Origin: Azolla caroliniana
Lineage: Eukaryota; Plantae; Polypodiophyta
Direction of reading: 5' to 3'
NCBI GenBank assembly: GCA_043228905.1
Contig: JBHGNT010000013.1
Span: forward strand, 16,244,001-16,308,000
DNA: 64,000 nt
In this document: positions 1-10,887 of the stretch, in pieces
Position numbering within the stretch: position 1 is the first letter of the stretch
Layout: each line of letters opens with the position of its first letter
Notes under the pieces: model-generated
What the model saw: only the letters and a program-made list of their open reading frames with translations
What the model was told of the DNA's origin: nothing
The model's database searches: none
Made by a program: the position numbers and the translations under genes

Positions 1-268
1 GAAGAAAATGTACAGTAGCTAGGAGGCTTAAGACTGGCGTTGAACCGATTTGGTTCGAAATAATGCCTTGTGCCTCCTTTTATAGTGTTCTAAGGAATAC
101 TCCTGAAATTTCTAGAATGTTCCAGAGAAATCTGGAATATACATCAATTTTCTATAATAAAACATAAATGAAAATAATATTCTACGTATTACAATGTATA
201 GTCTAATGGTCAAGAGCTCGACCCATGTAGCATAAGGTCATGGGTTCGAGTCTTGCCATATCATGACA
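1..268 (-). mobile_element. Partial LTR of a Tcn1-like Ty3/Gypsy element, cut by the window edge and inserted in a LINE
   Basis: The reverse complement begins TGTCATGA like the LTRs at 4174 and 9951. It shares their layout: tRNA-like segment, AT-rich CTAGAA motifs, TATA (ctataaaa), then A(A/T)TCGGTTCAA. LINE RT sequence starts immediately after 268. Confidence 0.75.
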
Positions 269-1874
269 GGGAAGCGGTTGCAATTTCACAAGAAAGGAAA
301 GAGGATTTAGCAATCTTGTTGTTGGATTTCGAAAAGGCTTATGACAAAGTAGATTGGTCTTTTTTGAGGGGTACCATGGAAAAGTTGGGTTTTCCGAATC
401 AATGGTTAACGGTTGTCTCAGCTCTTTACAACTTAGCTACTAGTAGGGTATTACTACATGGAGAGTTAGGCCAAGCATTCACAATTTCGAGGTCAATGAG
501 ACAGGGATGTCCGTTGGCTCCTTTTTTATATTTGATGATTGGAGAAGCTTTTAGTAGTTTTCTTACAAGTAATATTGTGAATATAAAAGGACTACAATGG
601 CCATGGTTAGAGAAACAAGTTGTGGATTGTCAATTTGTTGTTGATACAACCTTGTATTTGCAAGGTTCTAGCATAATCTTTCTAGAGTACAACAAGCTAT
701 TGATACATTTTGCTATGCTTCTGGAACTGTTATTAATTGGCATAAATTGGTGGGGTTTTGGTAGGTAACACAGTAAACCCTTTGTGGTGTCCAGAAGATG
801 GGTTTCAATGGATTCTGCATGGTAAACCTATAAGATATTTGGTATGTCAATTAGGTATTAATCTTTCGCCGGAAGATCATGTAGCTCCTATGTTGCTTGC
901 TACAAGGAAGAAATTGTTATATTGGAATACTACTAAATTGACATTGGCAGGAAGGGTTGTTGTTGCCAATCAAGTATTGTTGGCTTCCATGTGGTACATT
1001 TTATCGGTTTGGTTGTGCTCACGTTCAGCTTTATTGCAAGTACAAAGGCTTATTAGGAATTTCCTTTGGGAATCTAAAGGTTGTTCTTATGTGAGAGCCA
1101 AGGTATCTTGGAAAGTTATTACAACTCCAAAGGACGAGGGTGGTCTTAGATTTATTGAGCCTCTTTTACAATGTAAGGCTTTGTTGGGAAATTTTATTAT
1201 AAGACGTTTGTTGCCTGGTGGGGAGCCTTGGAAAAAAAACCTTAAGGCAGAGAATGGTTAAAGTTATGCCTTCTACCAGTGGCAATTGGAAAGATAGTAT
1301 TAGATGGTGGTTTTTAGATATTTTAACCATTCCATTGATATTTTTCACCAAGATAAGTTTTTTAGGGGTATCATGAAGGCATGGTGGGATTTGAAACATA
1401 ACTTTGTATTCAGAAATGGATAGGGTCTTTACAATGTCTTCATTTCAGCCTTCTCGAACTAGTCTATTTTGGTGTGGTATGTTTTCATCCCTATATGTCT
1501 TATTGGGGGTTAGGGGTTATAAAAACTCTCATGAATGCCTTTACTTCAATGTTTTGCCTTCTGGACGACTTCATTCTCTCTTTGTGGAAGACGAAATTGT
1601 AACTTGAGGGAATATGTTGCCTATTCGTATATTGTGGAAGATTGATAAAAAATGGATATTGAACCCACATCCAAATGATGTAAACAATCTCTCTGATTTA
1701 TGGGTCTATGAGAATAAGCCCATTGATCGCCTTTTGTGGGATCCTGGTGAGTGGAAATGGAAAATCAGATCAGCGCAAGGAATGTTAGGTAAGCAAATCC
1801 CATTATTTCAGTATTCGGTAAAAATGGGTAGAGAAATGCTAAGGAGAGGTGTGATTGTTACACCAACAACTTGA
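253..1874 (+). pseudogene. LINE ORF2 reverse transcriptase, frameshifted fragments
   Basis: RT motifs DFEKAYD and QGCPLAP; the catalytic FADD is degenerated to FVVD; YLGxxxG and GRVVVANQVL follow. Confidence 0.85.
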
Positions 1875-3324
1875 AAATTTGGGAGATTTGGTAATGTAAC
1901 AGATTCTTGGTTGAATGCTTATTGGAAATGGTTATGGGCCATGCAAATTCCTAAAAAAGTTTTTTTTTTCCAAAAATGAAGCTACTTTCCCATTAACTAG
2001 GAAGGATTATTACAAAGAGACTGTACAAGGAGGCTTATACACAAATCAGGGAATCTCCCTCCGATCAAGTTCAAGAAAATGAGACTACTTACATAGCCTT
2101 TCGAACTGACTACTTAAGGTAAGTAGATACCTATAGCTAAAAACGGTGCCCTTCAGTGTTGGCTAGTACGAGCCGACTCCTGGGGCCTACGACAAAGGGA
2201 GGGTTGCAGGTGAGTCGGAAACATCCAGCATGGCGGCTAGTAGTTCCACCTCGGGCCACTTCCTCCTTGTGTCCCGATAGGCGTGTTCCGTCATTTCTAC
2301 CAAAAGCACAAACGGGTAGTGACCACGTCATTGGAATGGCTACAAACCTTGTCCAATTGCCCTCGTAGGCAGCTGATAAGCGCAAACCATATGTCCATGA
2401 CCACTTCCTCCGGGGGTCGTACGAGATCTTGGAAGACCTTTAGGCAACGCACTTTCTATACATACCACAAGGTGAAGCCTATGATCAACATCCAAATTTT
2501 CGGGAACCTAGGGGATGCAGACTCCAAGCCTCTCTCAAAACTGATCTTGACGATTTTGCCTCTAAAAAAGTTGTGTTATTTAGATGGTTGCTGACACATT
2601 ATGCCATTCCTGTGAAGTCATGGATGTGGGGACATTGCTAGGATTTAAAATGTGATAGTTGTGGTTCTCCCATTGAATCAGTTTACCATGATTTATGGAT
2701 ATGTCCTATTGCTAGAGTAGTTTGGAAAAGAATGTTGAGAATGTTATATCCTATTTATGGTAGGCAGGTGTACACATAGGGTTTTGTGAGATGGGGAAGA
2801 TTGGCTAAAGAAATTCAGAACTAGGAAAAGGAGTATGGTGATTTTCTTCTCCTCTTCGATGGAAGACATGTAATTGGAGGTATTTGATACTACAACAATC
2901 AGTTGTTTGGAAGAGGATATGGTCTAGTCTACGATATCTTCTCTAGTACTTTGGGTATTGTGGAAGGCTAGATGTAAATCAAAAAGTTAAACAAAATGCA
3001 ATTGAGTTAGTCAAAGAGGTATGGTTAATGCTCTTACATACTTTAAGAGGTCAATATGATCCAATAACTAGTGAGCCTGAGACAGATTCGAGAAATTTGG
3101 AAAAATGCTAAAGTCTTCACCTCTTTTGGAGAAAGAATAAAGTGGAGATATGCTCCACCAAGATGGCTTTTTCCACCCCCCTGTCTTGGAACAACCCTAC
3201 ATGAGGGCTTTTGATACTTGACATGTTGGTTGATGTGGATATGAGGGTTGTAATATATTGTATGAATTCGTTGTTGCCTTTCGGCATCTTTCCATTAATA
3301 CCAAGGTGAACCTTCTTTAAAAAA
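269..3324 (+). mobile_element. Decayed L1-clade LINE, 3' half (ORF2 RT, zf-RVT region, 3' UTR, short A tail)
   Basis: ORF fragments 253-768 (LLLDFEKAYDKVDW, RQGCPLAP), 758-1261 and 1614-1874, with frameshifts and stops. The C-terminus resembles ORF 38852-39568. The tail motif ttgcctttcggca...ttaataccaa and A-run 3319-3324 resemble the LINE end at 41524-41580. Confidence 0.9.
1962..2561 (-). mobile_element. 5'-truncated LINE inserted antisense into the LINE
   Basis: 11-bp TSD CTAAAAAAGTT (1951-1961 and 2562-2572) with a poly-T at the left end. The minus strand encodes an ORF2 C-terminus (FTLWYVxKVRC...DIWFALISCLRGQLD...WNYxPPCWMFP) similar to 38852-39568. Confidence 0.85.
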
Positions 3325-3703
3325 CTCGACTTTGACAAAGGTAGGTTTGGTCAAGTTAGGGTGGATGAGGATATGAATCATTGTGAGTCGTTGAACAACA
3401 ATGATGCATTTTGCATGTAAAGGCTATGAGCTATTATACAAGTGTCAAAAAGTTTGGATAAACCGGCAATATAAGCTACCAAAACAATGGAATAATTGAA
3501 CGCCCTTTCAGTGAACTAGAGTTTCCCAGTTCTAGATTGCAACAACCTTTTTTCAATCCATGGTAATGTTGTAATGTATCATAGGAAATCCATTGACATA
3601 GGGTCAAACTTTAGATTCCCAAAAAACCATCCTTTTCTTAATGAACAAGACATGTGCCCCAACAAGACTTTTTCCCATATTCCTAGTGTGAGAGTCATTC
3701 ACT

Positions 3704-4004
3704 TGTTGGTAACAAGTGCGGTTTGTGGAAACGTGTGTGGATCTGTTGTCGGTTCTGAACAGCAAACAACGCAGACAAAAAAATAGAATGGGTGTGGACT
3801 TACACAATGCAAGCTCTAATGGAAAGCTTTATTGCTTCGTTCTCACTCTGTCTCTCAGAGATATAACACACCGACACTTCGTCTCTCTATCACTCGCCAT
3901 TCTATACAATGTTAGGTATTCGTTTATATACTAAGCCCTAACTTATTGACGAGTTCACACTCGGACGGATACAACTTGGAAGGAGTCGGCCTTTTATGCC
4001 AACA
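3704..4004 (-). repeat. 3' LTR of outer Copia
   Basis: TGTTGG...CCAACA, direct repeat of 34205-34497, adjacent to the PPT. Confidence 0.92.
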
Positions 4005-4173
4005 AACTCCCTCGTAAAAGGACTACTCTTTCTTGCATGTACAAGTGTTTGGGGTTATCTCCCCCGTAAGCCTAGAATACAAAATTGATCTAAGCTTATA
4101 TGTTACAAGTTGGTTGGCATGCAGCTAAGTCGGCAAATGTATAGGATTTGTCGTTATTGTTTTGATCAGATCT

Positions 4174-4596
4174 TGTCATGAAGACATACATTTTGGCCTT
4201 ACAAGGATTCGAGCCCAAGACATTTTGGTCTATATGTTAGACCTTTAACCATTATAATAACATATATGATGTATAATTATAATAAATGTATTATTAGTTA
4301 TTACAAGATATTTAGAGTATTCTAGAACATTCTTGGATATTCCATGATTATATTAAATATCATAAATATTTAAAATATTCAAGAACATTCTAGAATACTC
4401 CATAAGGACCTATAAATAAGTGTTTATTCATTCATCACAACTCATTCGGTCCAACACCAGTTTGTAGCCCCTTAGCCTACTCTTTGTAATCCTTGCTCTC
4501 TTATAATATAAACTCTCTTTCCATTTCTAATGCTCTCTCTCTCTCTACCTTCTATCGTCGTCTTATCTTTCTCTCTCCTATTCTAAAGTCTCGACA
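4174..4596 (+). repeat. 5' LTR of Tcn1-like element
   Basis: TGTCATG...CTCGACA, TATA at 4411, direct repeat of 9951-10391. Confidence 0.92.
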
Positions 4597-4598
4597 GT

Positions 4599-4609
4599 TT
4601 GAACTGAAT
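4599..4609 (+). promoter_or_regulatory. Self-priming (Tf1-type) primer-binding site
   Basis: TTGAACTGAAT is complementary (one G:U pair) to ATTCGGTTCAA (10233-10243; one extra mismatch in the 5' copy at 4444-4454), about 33 nt downstream of the LTR TATA box. Confidence 0.7.
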
Positions 4610-4720
4610 ATCTCTCTTTTCTTCTTCTCCAACTTATTCTTCTCATCTTAACCTTATGCAAGCAAATCTAGCAATTTTCTCTCGTAACTATGGAGTCCGT
4701 CAGCAAGCAAGAATGAATAT

Positions 4721-5787
4721 ATGTGTGTTCTCTCCAAGCTCAACATGCTAACAACCAAATTCGTGGCACTGGAGCATGAAAATCAAAGATTGTTGGGAGA
4801 CCTACAACAAGTAAGTGTTGAGAAAGTACAACAATATGAAGAATTATCTCAACGTGTGCATCAATTGGAGACTACTCTATTGCAACGACAAGTGGCGGAA
4901 GTTCAAACCTCACCGAAGGAACCCAAGATTAGTCTGCCGGCCAAGTTTGATGGTACAAGGTCTCAATTTTGTGGATTTTTAAATCAGGTACGGCTTGTGA
5001 TTAAATTGCATCCTAGCCGTTACCCAATTGATGTTGCTCGTGTGGGACTAGTTGGTACCTTGTTAACGGGTACCGCATTAGCGTGGTTTGCACCACTCCT
5101 AGAGAAGCACTCACCATTACTAGAAGATTTTGAAGGGTTTACTAATGAGTTCCAAGCCAACTTTGGAGACACCGATAGTATGAGGATAGCAATAAACAAA
5201 ATTCGGCGATTACGACAAGAGATTGTCCTGCTTCTGCTTATGCTGCAGATTTTCGCTTTCTAACATGTGATATTCCATGGGATGAGGCGGCGTTAATGGA
5301 CCAATTTCGTCAAGGTTTGTGCAATGATGTGAAGGATTTACTTCTTACCTTCCATGATGATCCAAAATCTCTTACTGAAGCAATAAGTCGGGCCGTGCGA
5401 TGTGACAATCGCTTATTTGAGCGGCGTTCTGAGCACCAACAAATGTTACACTTCCGACCAACAGAAACATATGCTTCAATGGTCGCAACTCCACCCCAAG
5501 TATCAAATTCAAGTGTGGTGGAGGGCCCTACTCCAATGGAAATCGAGACAACACGACGTCGAGGACCATTATCGGATGTTGAAAAGCAACGATGACGAAC
5601 GAATCGTCTATGCCTCTATTGTGGTGGTCCACATAAACCATGATGACAAGTTAACCAAGTAAGTGTTCATGAGAATCCCATCTCAATTTTTGCCCCGCCT
5701 TCTCGTAACGCAAGTAGGGCTAATAATCCCTGTCATAAAAATACATTTGATGTCTTGAGCCAATTAGATGATGTGTTAAACGAGTAA
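4721..5787 (+). pseudogene. gag of Tcn1-like element (frameshifted)
   Basis: EPKISLPAKFDGTRSQFxGFLNQVRL, LLTGTALAW, GPTPMEI and the remains of a CLYCG zinc knuckle. ORFs 4721-5263 and 5296-5595. Confidence 0.85.
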
Positions 5788-5929
5788 GTCCGACCAAAAT
5801 CAAAGCCATTTGGTTGGACAACCCTAGGCATGTAACGTTCGTCCCTAGTTGTGGTTCCATTTCATCCAGTCAAGTTAGTCGAGTTTTCTCTTCACAAGTT
5901 GAGCTTAACACATCTAGGTGTCATTGAGT

Positions 5930-8900
5930 CCTAGCTTCTGCCCTCTTAGACTTTGGAGCCAACTCTTGTTTCATGGATCGTGAGTTTGCTATAATGCATA
6001 ATATTCAGTTGCATAAGCTCCCAAGCCCAGTGTTTGTCGGAGTCATTGATGGACGCCCCATAGCATCAAGTGCTATAGTTGAAGAGTCTGAACCAATTCG
6101 TGTAGTCCTAGGCAATTTGGCTAGACTTGTCATCTCATTCAACATCATTAGTAGTTCAGAGCACTCCCTAGTTCTTGGTCTTCCATGGTTTAAGCTACAT
6201 AACCCAACTATTGGTTGGAGAAAAAGAACCACAATTGAAGAGGTCACAATACAGTCTGAGTCTCTTAAAACTCCAACAAAGGATATGACATTCCAAAAGA
6301 TCTCGACAATCTCTATACATTAGTTACATGAGGAAGGATGGAAGGAAGACATGTTGGTGTTCGCAGTTTTAGCAACTCCCAAATCGAGCTCACAAGAATC
6401 GGGGGTCCAACTACCGAAGAAATATATAGAATTTTCGGATGTGTTCGATAAGGTGAAGGCTAATAGACTACCAAAGCATCGACCATATGATTGCCCAATT
6501 GATTTGTAGCCTGGAAAAGAGCCTCCATGGGGGCCAATTTATAACCTTTCACCCACGGAGCTAGAGGTTCTTCGGGAATATATCGATGAGAACTTGGCGA
6601 ATGGGTTTATCCAGCATTCAAGATCTCCTGTCGGCGCACCCATAGTTTTTGTTAAGAAGAAAGATGGTTCGCTTCGTCTAGTCGTGGATTATCAAGGATT
6701 GAATAAAGTAACTATTTGAAACCGATATGCTCTACCATTGATTTCGAGCCTTCTGGAACGCCTCAGAGGAGCTAAGTATTTCACAAAGTTAGATCTTCGA
6801 GGTGCTTAAAATCTTGTTCGAATTCGTCCTCAGGACGAATGGAAGACTACTTTCCGTACTAGCTATGGCCATTTTGAGTATACAGTGATGCCATTTGGCC
6901 TCACGAATACACCAACAGTTTTCTAACATATGGCAAATGACATTTTTCGAGATTTCATTGATATTTTCGTCATAGTTTACCTGGATGATATCTTGATCTA
7001 CTCAAAAACTCAAGAGGATCATGATATACACATTCGACAAGCTTTACAACGGTTGTGTGAATATGGTCTCTATGCAAAATTGGAGAAGTGCAGTTTCGAC
7101 CAGCGTCAACTGGAATTTTTGAGGTACATAGTCTCTTCACATGGCATCTCTATGGATCCAGGAAAGGTTCAACAATTTTGGATTGGCAAACACCACCATC
7201 TGTGCGAGATGTACAATGTTTTTTGGGGTTCTCAAACTTTTATCACAAGTTCATCAAAGATTATTCAAAGATCGTATTGCCCCTCACTCAACTGACACAG
7301 AAGAATCAACCATTTGTGTGGAGTATAAATGCAAACTCTGCATTTGAAGGATTAAAGCAAGCATTTACATCCGCACCAATTTTGATGCATGTTGATCCAT
7401 TGAAGCGCTTTATACTCGAAGTTGATGCATCCGACTTCGCACTAGGAACCGTATTATCCCAGATTATCAATGATGACCAATTGCACCCTGTGGCTTTTCA
7501 TTCACGGAAATTCCAAGCTGTAGAAATCAACTATGAGATTCACGACAAAGAGCTTCTTGCCATTGTGGATTCTTTTCAACAATGGCGTCATTTTTTGAAG
7601 GGTTCGTCTCAACAAATCGTTGTCTATAATGATCACAAAAATCTAACGTACTTCCAAAGTGCTCGAGTCTTGAGTCGTTGACAAGCTCGTTGGGCGCAGT
7701 TCTTAACTCGTTTTGATTTCGTAATTCTATATTGGCCTGGGACGCAACAAGGAAAAGCAAATGCTTTATTTCGGCGTTCGTATAAGGAACTTCAACCAGG
7801 AGAGGCCGCATTTGAAAGTCAGAAGCAAATCCTCTTGGGTCCTAACCATCTACGACTAATGGCATTTCATGCTATAGATACACCCGGGGATTCAAGTCTT
7901 CTGGACTCCATTCGGGAGCATATTGAGACTGATGAATTCGCCCAAGACATTCTGAACCATATTATCCCAGATCGTGCTTCTTGTTCACAATCTCAAAATC
8001 CTCGTCAAGACTACAACCAGTTCAATTGGCATGATGGTTTACTTTTTTGACAAAATCTCTTATATGTGCCTGATGGTCCTTCTCGACTCTAAGTCTTGCA
8101 ACAATGTCATGGCACACCAATGGCTGGACATTTCGGCATCCACAAGACTTTGGCGTTAATTTCTTGAAGGTATTGGTGGCCACGACTTCGCCATTTTGTT
8201 ACGGATTATGTTCGTAGTTGTGATACATGTTGCTGATACAAAAAATTGTTACCCCGTACGAGATGTACGGAGAGTCAAGTGTGATGAGCGAGGGTTGAAT
8301 GTTATCATGATGTTGTTGTGTATGTGTAGGGGGCATAGATGTAATTGTGAGTCTATACGTATGTGAACACATGCACATGTGTGTGCATGTGGATGGATAC
8401 GAGGAGGTGTGAGTGAGTGTCCAGTATGAAAGCTCGAGGGGGCTTACACCCCTATGTATCTACCCCCTTTTGTACCTATTTAACCCCTTATGGGGAATGA
8501 ATGAAGACAACAATAACCATTTCTCTCTCAATCTCTCTCTTGTCATTTCTCTCTCTCTCTCTCTCTCCCCCCTTTCGTTGAACCCCCTTGGGAGGGGGGT
8601 GGAGCCATTCTAGGCACCACCCCCCACCCCTCAATGCTTGTCTTGCATCTTCATGATCTCTCACCATCATACCATTCACTATCTCCACCATTCCACAATA
8701 CTTATCTCCATCATCACACCCATCTTTATAATCATGCTATCATAATCGTCATCCCTAACCCTAAAACCTACAACAAAAACCTCGACATCATCCATATGGC
8801 TTATTACAGCCAATGCCTATTCCTAAGAGTCCATGGAAATCTATTTCATTGGACTTCATTATGGATCTACCACCTTCCAAGGATTTTGATTCTATTCTCA

Positions 8901-9900
8901 CGGTAGTAGATCATTTTACCAAGATGGCACATTTTCGTCCCTGCACAAAGGTCATTACGAGCCAAGAGACAGCCGAGTTACTCATGCGAGAGGTGTTTCG
9001 GCATCATGGTCTTCCTAATGATATTATCAGCGATCGGGGTCCCCAATTCATCTCAAAATTTTGGCGGCACATGTTCAAACTCTTACATACTTCTTGCAAA
9101 CTCTCTTCTGGCTACCGTCCAGAAACTAACAGACAGAGTGAGTGCACCAACCAAACAGTAGAACAATATCTTCGTTGTTTTGTCAACTATCAACAAGATG
9201 ATTGGGTTGATCTATTACATTTGGTGGAATTTGCTTACAACAACTCAGAACATTCTTCTACTGGATATTCCCCATTTTTGGCAAACATTGGGTACCATCC
9301 TCGTTGGACTATGCTTGAACATCCCGAACTCCCGACAAACCCGGCTATTGAAGATTGGCTCACCCGACTCCAAGAAGTTCAAGAGATCCTTTTGCGTCAT
9401 TTATGTGATGCTCAAAACACTCAAAAGAAGGTTGTCGACCGTCATCGATGTGATTCATCGACTACGTTTCAAGTGGGAGATCGAGTATGGCTTTTACAAA
9501 GTCACATTAAAACAACCCGACCTTGCTGCAAATTAGATTATCAACGTTTTGGCCCATATGTGATATCTGGTAAGATCAATGATGTGGCATTTCGCCTTGA
9601 TCTTCCCCCTCATATACATCTTCACCCGGTCTTCCATGTTTCACTTTTAGAGCCGTACACAACCAACTCTATTCCAAGCCGTCTTACATCTCCCCCACCT
9701 CCAATCGAAGCTTCGGATGGCTCTGAATATGAAGTTGTTGCCATTGTCGACTCCAATATCATTCGCAACAAATTGTATTATTTCATTGACTCGTTTGGAT
9801 ATACACCTAATGATCGAACATAGGAACCTCTCGAGAATCTTGTTAATGCCTCCAAAATGGTTGTTGTGTTTCATAGCAAATATCCCCATAAGTCAAGTCC
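5930..9900 (+). pseudogene. pol of Tcn1-like element (PR, RT, RNase H, integrase, chromodomain), disrupted
   Basis: YLDDILIYS, LEVDASDFALG, YEIHDKELLAIV, ISLDFIMDLP, SDRGPQF, HPVFHVSLL and chromodomain EYEVVAIVDS...YYFI. Many stops, and a solo-LTR insertion at 8247-8775. Confidence 0.9.
8247..8775. mobile_element. Solo LTR inserted in the integrase of the Tcn1-like element
   Basis: TGTT...CAACA termini and TSD AAAAT/AAAAC (8242-8246, 8776-8780). Removing it restores YKKPRHHPYGLLQPMP. No coding content. Confidence 0.8.
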
Positions 9901-9950
9901 GAAATCTTGTCTTCCGACTCGTGGAACTCTTCGACGAAAAGGGGGGATAA

Positions 9951-10391
9951 TGTCATGAAGACATACATTTTGGCCTTACAAGGATTCGAGCCCAAGACGT
10001 CTTGGTCTATATGTTAGACCTTTAACCATTATAATAACATATATGATGTATAATTATAATAAATGTATTATTAGTTACTACAAGATATTTAGAGTATTCT
10101 AGAACATTCTAGAGTATTCTAGAACATTCCAGGATATTCCATGATTATATTAAATATCATAATTATCTAAAATATTCTAGAACATTCTCCATAAGGACCT
10201 ATAAATAGGTGTCAATTCATTCATCACAACTCATTCGGTTCAATACCAATTTGTAGCCCCTTAGCCTACTCTTTGTAATCCTTGCTCTCTTATAATATAA
10301 ACTCTCTTTCCATTTCTAGTGTTCTCTCTCTCTCTCTGTATACCTTCTATCGTCATCTTATCTTTCTCTCTCTTATTCTGAAGTCTCGACA
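9951..10391 (+). repeat. 3' LTR of Tcn1-like element
   Basis: Direct repeat of 4174-4596 with small indels; preceded by the PPT. Confidence 0.92.
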
Positions 10392-10397
10392 AATCTT

Positions 10398-10833
10398 TGT
10401 TAACTCTTAGGGCCGGACAATAGCCGAACACAGGGTGTCTACGGAAGACACTTCCCCAAAGGGTGTTACGGCAACCGGATTAGACTTCAACGCTTAATCC
10501 TACTTGCTTAAGTTACTTATTATGATCGTCTTTCATAACACACGCGTAAGATATAACAATTAAGACAAAACGGCAATTAACACAGAGAGATAACAACTCT
10601 TAAGCTTTCATTCATTAACCGCTAACTATTACATTGTATCCGGGCCTTTAAATAGGTTTCCGGTCTGCATTACAAAACGGTGCCATCCACACCTGTTCGG
10701 GATCGGTCCGGATCCGGAACGGCATACCGATTCCGGTCCGTCCGTCCACACTCATAGCTTAATTATAACCATATTCCAACTACTCAATTAACTCTCCGTT
10801 TCCCACTCTGGACTCCTTTGCCGGCCAGTAACA
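10398..10833 (-). repeat. 3' LTR of Athila/Tat-like element
   Basis: Direct repeat of 16991-17426. Confidence 0.95.
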
Positions 10834-10835
10834 CA

Positions 10836-10852
10836 TGGCACGCCCGTGGGAC
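10836..10852 (+). promoter_or_regulatory. Second, inverted PBS-like sequence at the PPT position
   Basis: TGGCACGCCCGTGGGAC starts 2 nt inside the 3' LTR boundary and resembles the complement of a plant tRNA-Arg 3' end (recalled). No purine tract is present on the element's sense strand. Confidence 0.65.
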
Positions 10853-10887
10853 AATACCTTGTACGTCGAATCCACAACCGACCCTTG

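Larger units (their letters stand above)
4174..10391 (+). mobile_element. Ty3/Gypsy chromovirus, Tcn1-like (Tf1/sushi-type), degenerate
   Basis: LTRs 4174-4596 and 9951-10391 (TG...CA). TSD GATCT (4169-4173) / AATCT (10392-10396). PPT gaaaaggggggataa 9936-9950. gag-PR-RT-RH-INT-chromodomain order. No tRNA PBS. Confidence 0.92.

Noticed and set aside
195-260. Functional tRNA gene
   Set aside because: Acceptor and anticodon stems do not pair and it lies inside an LTR; reported as a tRNA-like module instead.
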